DNA from: an uncultured Alphaproteobacteria bacterium
Lineage (GTDB): Bacteria; Pseudomonadota; Alphaproteobacteria; Rhizobiales; Xanthobacteraceae
Assembly: GCA_963727555.1 (NCBI GenBank)
Contig: CAVSGT010000007.1
Location: forward strand, 82,543-146,542
Reading direction: 5' to 3'
Length of the DNA: 64,000 nucleotides
The notes beneath the pieces were generated by a model, which searched no databases, was not told the DNA's origin, and was given only the letters and a program-made list of their open reading frames with translations. Below are positions 61,415 through 64,000 of the stretch, piece after piece; within the stretch, counting starts at the first letter, position 1; each line of letters begins with the position of its first letter. A program made the position numbers and the translations under genes.

Positions 61415-62386
61415 ATGATGCATGGGGAGGCGTCGGCTGCGTGGCGGCTGTTCACGCATAACTGGATCCCCGTCGGTTTGATGGCCGCGACGCTCACCCT
61501 GGGCCTCGCGCTCACCGGCTTTTCGCTCAAGCTTGCAAGCATGTTGCTGCCGCTCGGCGCGGTCGCGCTGTTGGCCGCCGCAGCTTATGCCATTGCCAAT
61601 TGGCGCAATTCACGGCTGCCATTCATGTTGGGCGCGACGGCGCAACTCGGGCTCATCACGGCGCTGACGACGCCGGTTATCTACATGGCGGCTGCCGCCG
61701 ACCTGCCGATGCAGGACGGCAATCTCGCTTATCTCGACCGCATGCTCGGGCTCGATTGGCCGGCCTATTTCCATTTCATCTACGACCGGCCTGCGTTGGT
61801 CCCGTTCGCGATCTTTGCCTACGCCATGATCGGCTGGCCGATGTTCGGCGTTCCGATCGTGCTCGGCGTCACGCGCCACTATCACCGCCTGCAGCAATTT
61901 ACTTTGGCTTGCATATTGTCGCTGATCACGACGACCGTCATCTCGACGCTGTTGCCGGCCATCGGCACGTTTCATGAATACGGCATCGCTTTCGATCCGG
62001 TGAAGTTCAATCCGGGAAATTATCTCATTCAGATGCACGATCTGCCGTTATTGCGTGACGGCTCATTGCGCGAGCTCGACCTCATGAAGCTCGGCGGCAT
62101 CATTACTTTTCCGAGTTTCCACGCCGCAGCCGCGGTGCTCTATCTGTGGGCGCTGTGGAGCGTGTGGTGGATGCGGCCGGTGGCGTTGATTGCCAACATC
62201 GGCATGTTGCTGGCGACGCCGATGGTGGGCGGGCATTATTTCGTCGACGTCTTCGCCGGCATCGGTGTCGCGGTCCTGGCGATTGCCGCAGCGCGCTGGA
62301 TCGGCGATCGCGTAACGCGCCCGATGCCGGTTGCCTCGGAGCCGACGGCTGAGCCGCTGGCCCAACCCACGACGCAATCGGTCTGA
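61415..62386 (+). CDS. PAP2-family (Aur1-like) membrane phosphatase/phosphotransferase, copy 1
   Basis: Multi-TM; PAIG, FPSFH, GGHYFVD. Confidence 0.85.
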   Translation: MMHGEASAAWRLFTHNWIPVGLMAATLTLGLALTGFSLKLASMLLPLGAVALLAAAAYAIANWRNSRLPFMLGATAQLGLITALTTPVIYMAAAADLPMQDGNLAYLDRMLGLDWPAYFHFIYDRPALVPFAIFAYAMIGWPMFGVPIVLGVTRHYHRLQQFTLACILSLITTTVISTLLPAIGTFHEYGIAFDPVKFNPGNYLIQMHDLPLLRDGSLRELDLMKLGGIITFPSFHAAAAVLYLWALWSVWWMRPVALIANIGMLLATPMVGGHYFVDVFAGIGVAVLAIAAARWIGDRVTRPMPVASEPTAEPLAQPTTQSV

Positions 62387-62395
62387 CGCGGAGCC

Positions 62396-63370
62396 GTGAT
62401 TATGGACCTTCGCGCTTCGGCTGAGTGGCGACTGTTCTCCTGCAACTGGATCCCGCTTGCCGTCATGGCTCTTGTTTTGGCGCTTGCGCTGGTGCTGACC
62501 GGGTTTTGGCTGAAGCCGGAAAGCGCGCTGCTGCCGCTTGGTTTTGCCAGCGGTTTTGCGGGCATCGCCTATTTCAGTGCCGCGCGCGGGAGCTGGCATC
62601 GCGGCGCCTTCGTCTTCGGCACGTCGGCGCAGCTTGTGCTCATCACCGCCTTGATGTCACCGTTAACCTATATCGCCGCGGCCATTGACCTGCCTCTGCA
62701 GGATGCCAATCTCGCCGCACTTGACCATATGCTGGGTTTCGATTGGCGCGCTTATCTCGCTTTCGTCAACGACCGGCCCACGCTGATCGCTTACCTCGCG
62801 TTTGGCTACGCCATGATCGCCTGGCCGATTTTCGGCGTCCCGGTGCTGCTCGGCGTCACGAAGCGTTATCGCCGTTTGCAACAGTTCACGCTCGCTTTTG
62901 CGTTGGCCTTGGTCGCAACCACGATCGTATCGACTTTGGCGCCGGCGCTCGGCGCCTATCATGGGCTTAACATCGCCCCGAGCGAATATGCCCACTTTAC
63001 GCCGGGCGGCTATCTCGACCAATTGCGCGATTTTCCGCGCGTGCGCGACGGCTCGCTGCGCGAACTCGACATCACGCATTTGGTCGGGATCATCACCTTC
63101 CCGAGCTTTCATGCCGCCGCCGCCGTGCTTTATCTGTGGGCGTTCTGGTCGATCTGGTGGATGCGGCCAATTGCCCTCATGGCCAACGGCCTCATGCTGG
63201 CCGCGACGCCGATCGGCGGCGGGCATTATTTTGTCGATGTGTTCGCAGGCATCGGCGTGGCCGTGCTCGCCATCGCCGCTGCGCGCTGGATATACCATCG
63301 ACTGATCGAGGGCGTAGCCCGGCCGGCGCTGGCGACGGTCCCGCCCGCAGCGGCGGTTCCGGCGGAGTGA
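62396..63370 (+). CDS. PAP2-family (Aur1-like) membrane phosphatase/phosphotransferase, copy 2
   Basis: Paralog of the preceding gene; PALG, FPSFH, GGHYFVD. Confidence 0.85.
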   Translation: MIMDLRASAEWRLFSCNWIPLAVMALVLALALVLTGFWLKPESALLPLGFASGFAGIAYFSAARGSWHRGAFVFGTSAQLVLITALMSPLTYIAAAIDLPLQDANLAALDHMLGFDWRAYLAFVNDRPTLIAYLAFGYAMIAWPIFGVPVLLGVTKRYRRLQQFTLAFALALVATTIVSTLAPALGAYHGLNIAPSEYAHFTPGGYLDQLRDFPRVRDGSLRELDITHLVGIITFPSFHAAAAVLYLWAFWSIWWMRPIALMANGLMLAATPIGGGHYFVDVFAGIGVAVLAIAAARWIYHRLIEGVARPALATVPPAAAVPAE

Positions 63371-63487
63371 GCGCACGCCGATAGCGCGGCGTTTTTCAAT
63401 TCAAACCGACGTGCTGGCTACCGATGGTCTGCGCTATTATCTCTGGCGGAGCGGCGACAGCCGCGCGCATCAAGGGAGCCCGCAGCC

Positions 63488-64000
63488 ATGCACACCCATT
63501 CCGTCGAGCCCTGGCAGCACGGCCACGTCTTCCTCGGCGCCGGGCACGACAAGCACGAATTTCGCACCTGGTGCGTGGTGGCGCTCACCGCCGTCATGAT
63601 GGTGGCCGAGATCGTCGGCGGCACGCTGTTCGGCTCCATGGCGGTGGTCGCCGACGGCTGGCATATGTCGACCCATGCCGGCGCCTTGGCGATCGCAGCA
63701 TTTGCCTACCGCTTCGCGCGCAAGCACGCGCACGATCCGCGGTTTTCCTTCGGCACCGGCAAACTCGGCGAACTGGCGGGCTTTGCCAGCGCGCTGCTCC
63801 TCGCATTGATCGCTGTGTTGATCGGTTACGAGGCGGTGATGCGGCTGACCGCGCCGGTGCTCATCCATTTCCGCGAGGCGATCACGCTGGCGGCGGTCGG
63901 CTTGCTCGTCAATCTCGCCAGCGCCTGGCTGCTGTTCGATCGTGACCACCATCATGGCGCTGCGCACGATCACGACCATGGCGATCATGGCCACCACCAC
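63488..64000 (+). CDS. dmeF: CDF-family Co/Ni efflux transporter (DmeF-like), runs off the window end
   Basis: MHTHSVEPWQHGHVFLG, ADGWHMSTH, FSFGTGK, His-rich loop. Confidence 0.85.
   Translation, partial: MHTHSVEPWQHGHVFLGAGHDKHEFRTWCVVALTAVMMVAEIVGGTLFGSMAVVADGWHMSTHAGALAIAAFAYRFARKHAHDPRFSFGTGKLGELAGFASALLLALIAVLIGYEAVMRLTAPVLIHFREAITLAAVGLLVNLASAWLLFDRDHHHGAAHDHDHGDHGHHH

Overview
High-GC chromosomal backbone of an alphaproteobacterium of the Hyphomicrobiales (Rhizobiales). The taxon is inferred from conserved gene order: fabD-fabG-acpP-fabF-mltG-yicC-gmk; rsmA-pdxA-surA-lptD-lptG-lptF/pepA-holC; panC/mipZ; DD-carboxypeptidase-phasin...clpS-clpA; dinB-DUF3572/divK-pleD/rpmG-rnr-topA; dprA-plsY-pyrC-pyrB-ruvX. 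No rRNA, tRNA, CRISPR array, phage or transposase was recognised. The most unusual element is a ~6.7 kb tandem array of four TadG/CpaL-like pilin-vWA adhesin genes (27484-34215) between the phasin gene and clpS. The four copies share a conserved scaffold, each carries a different Cys-rich insert at the same position inside the vWA domain, and copy 2 is riddled with indels. Also notable: a CTAG-bounded MITE-like family whose ends coincide with TAG stop codons (one copy carries two nested hairpin insertions), an EcpR1-like sRNA between pleD and rpmG, a GGDEF-type membrane sensor lacking its output domain, a probably non-catalytic PyrC', and tandem PAP2 genes. Five housekeeping genes carry single +1 frameshifts that most likely reflect consensus errors. 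All calls come from motif recognition and synteny by eye; no database searches were run.
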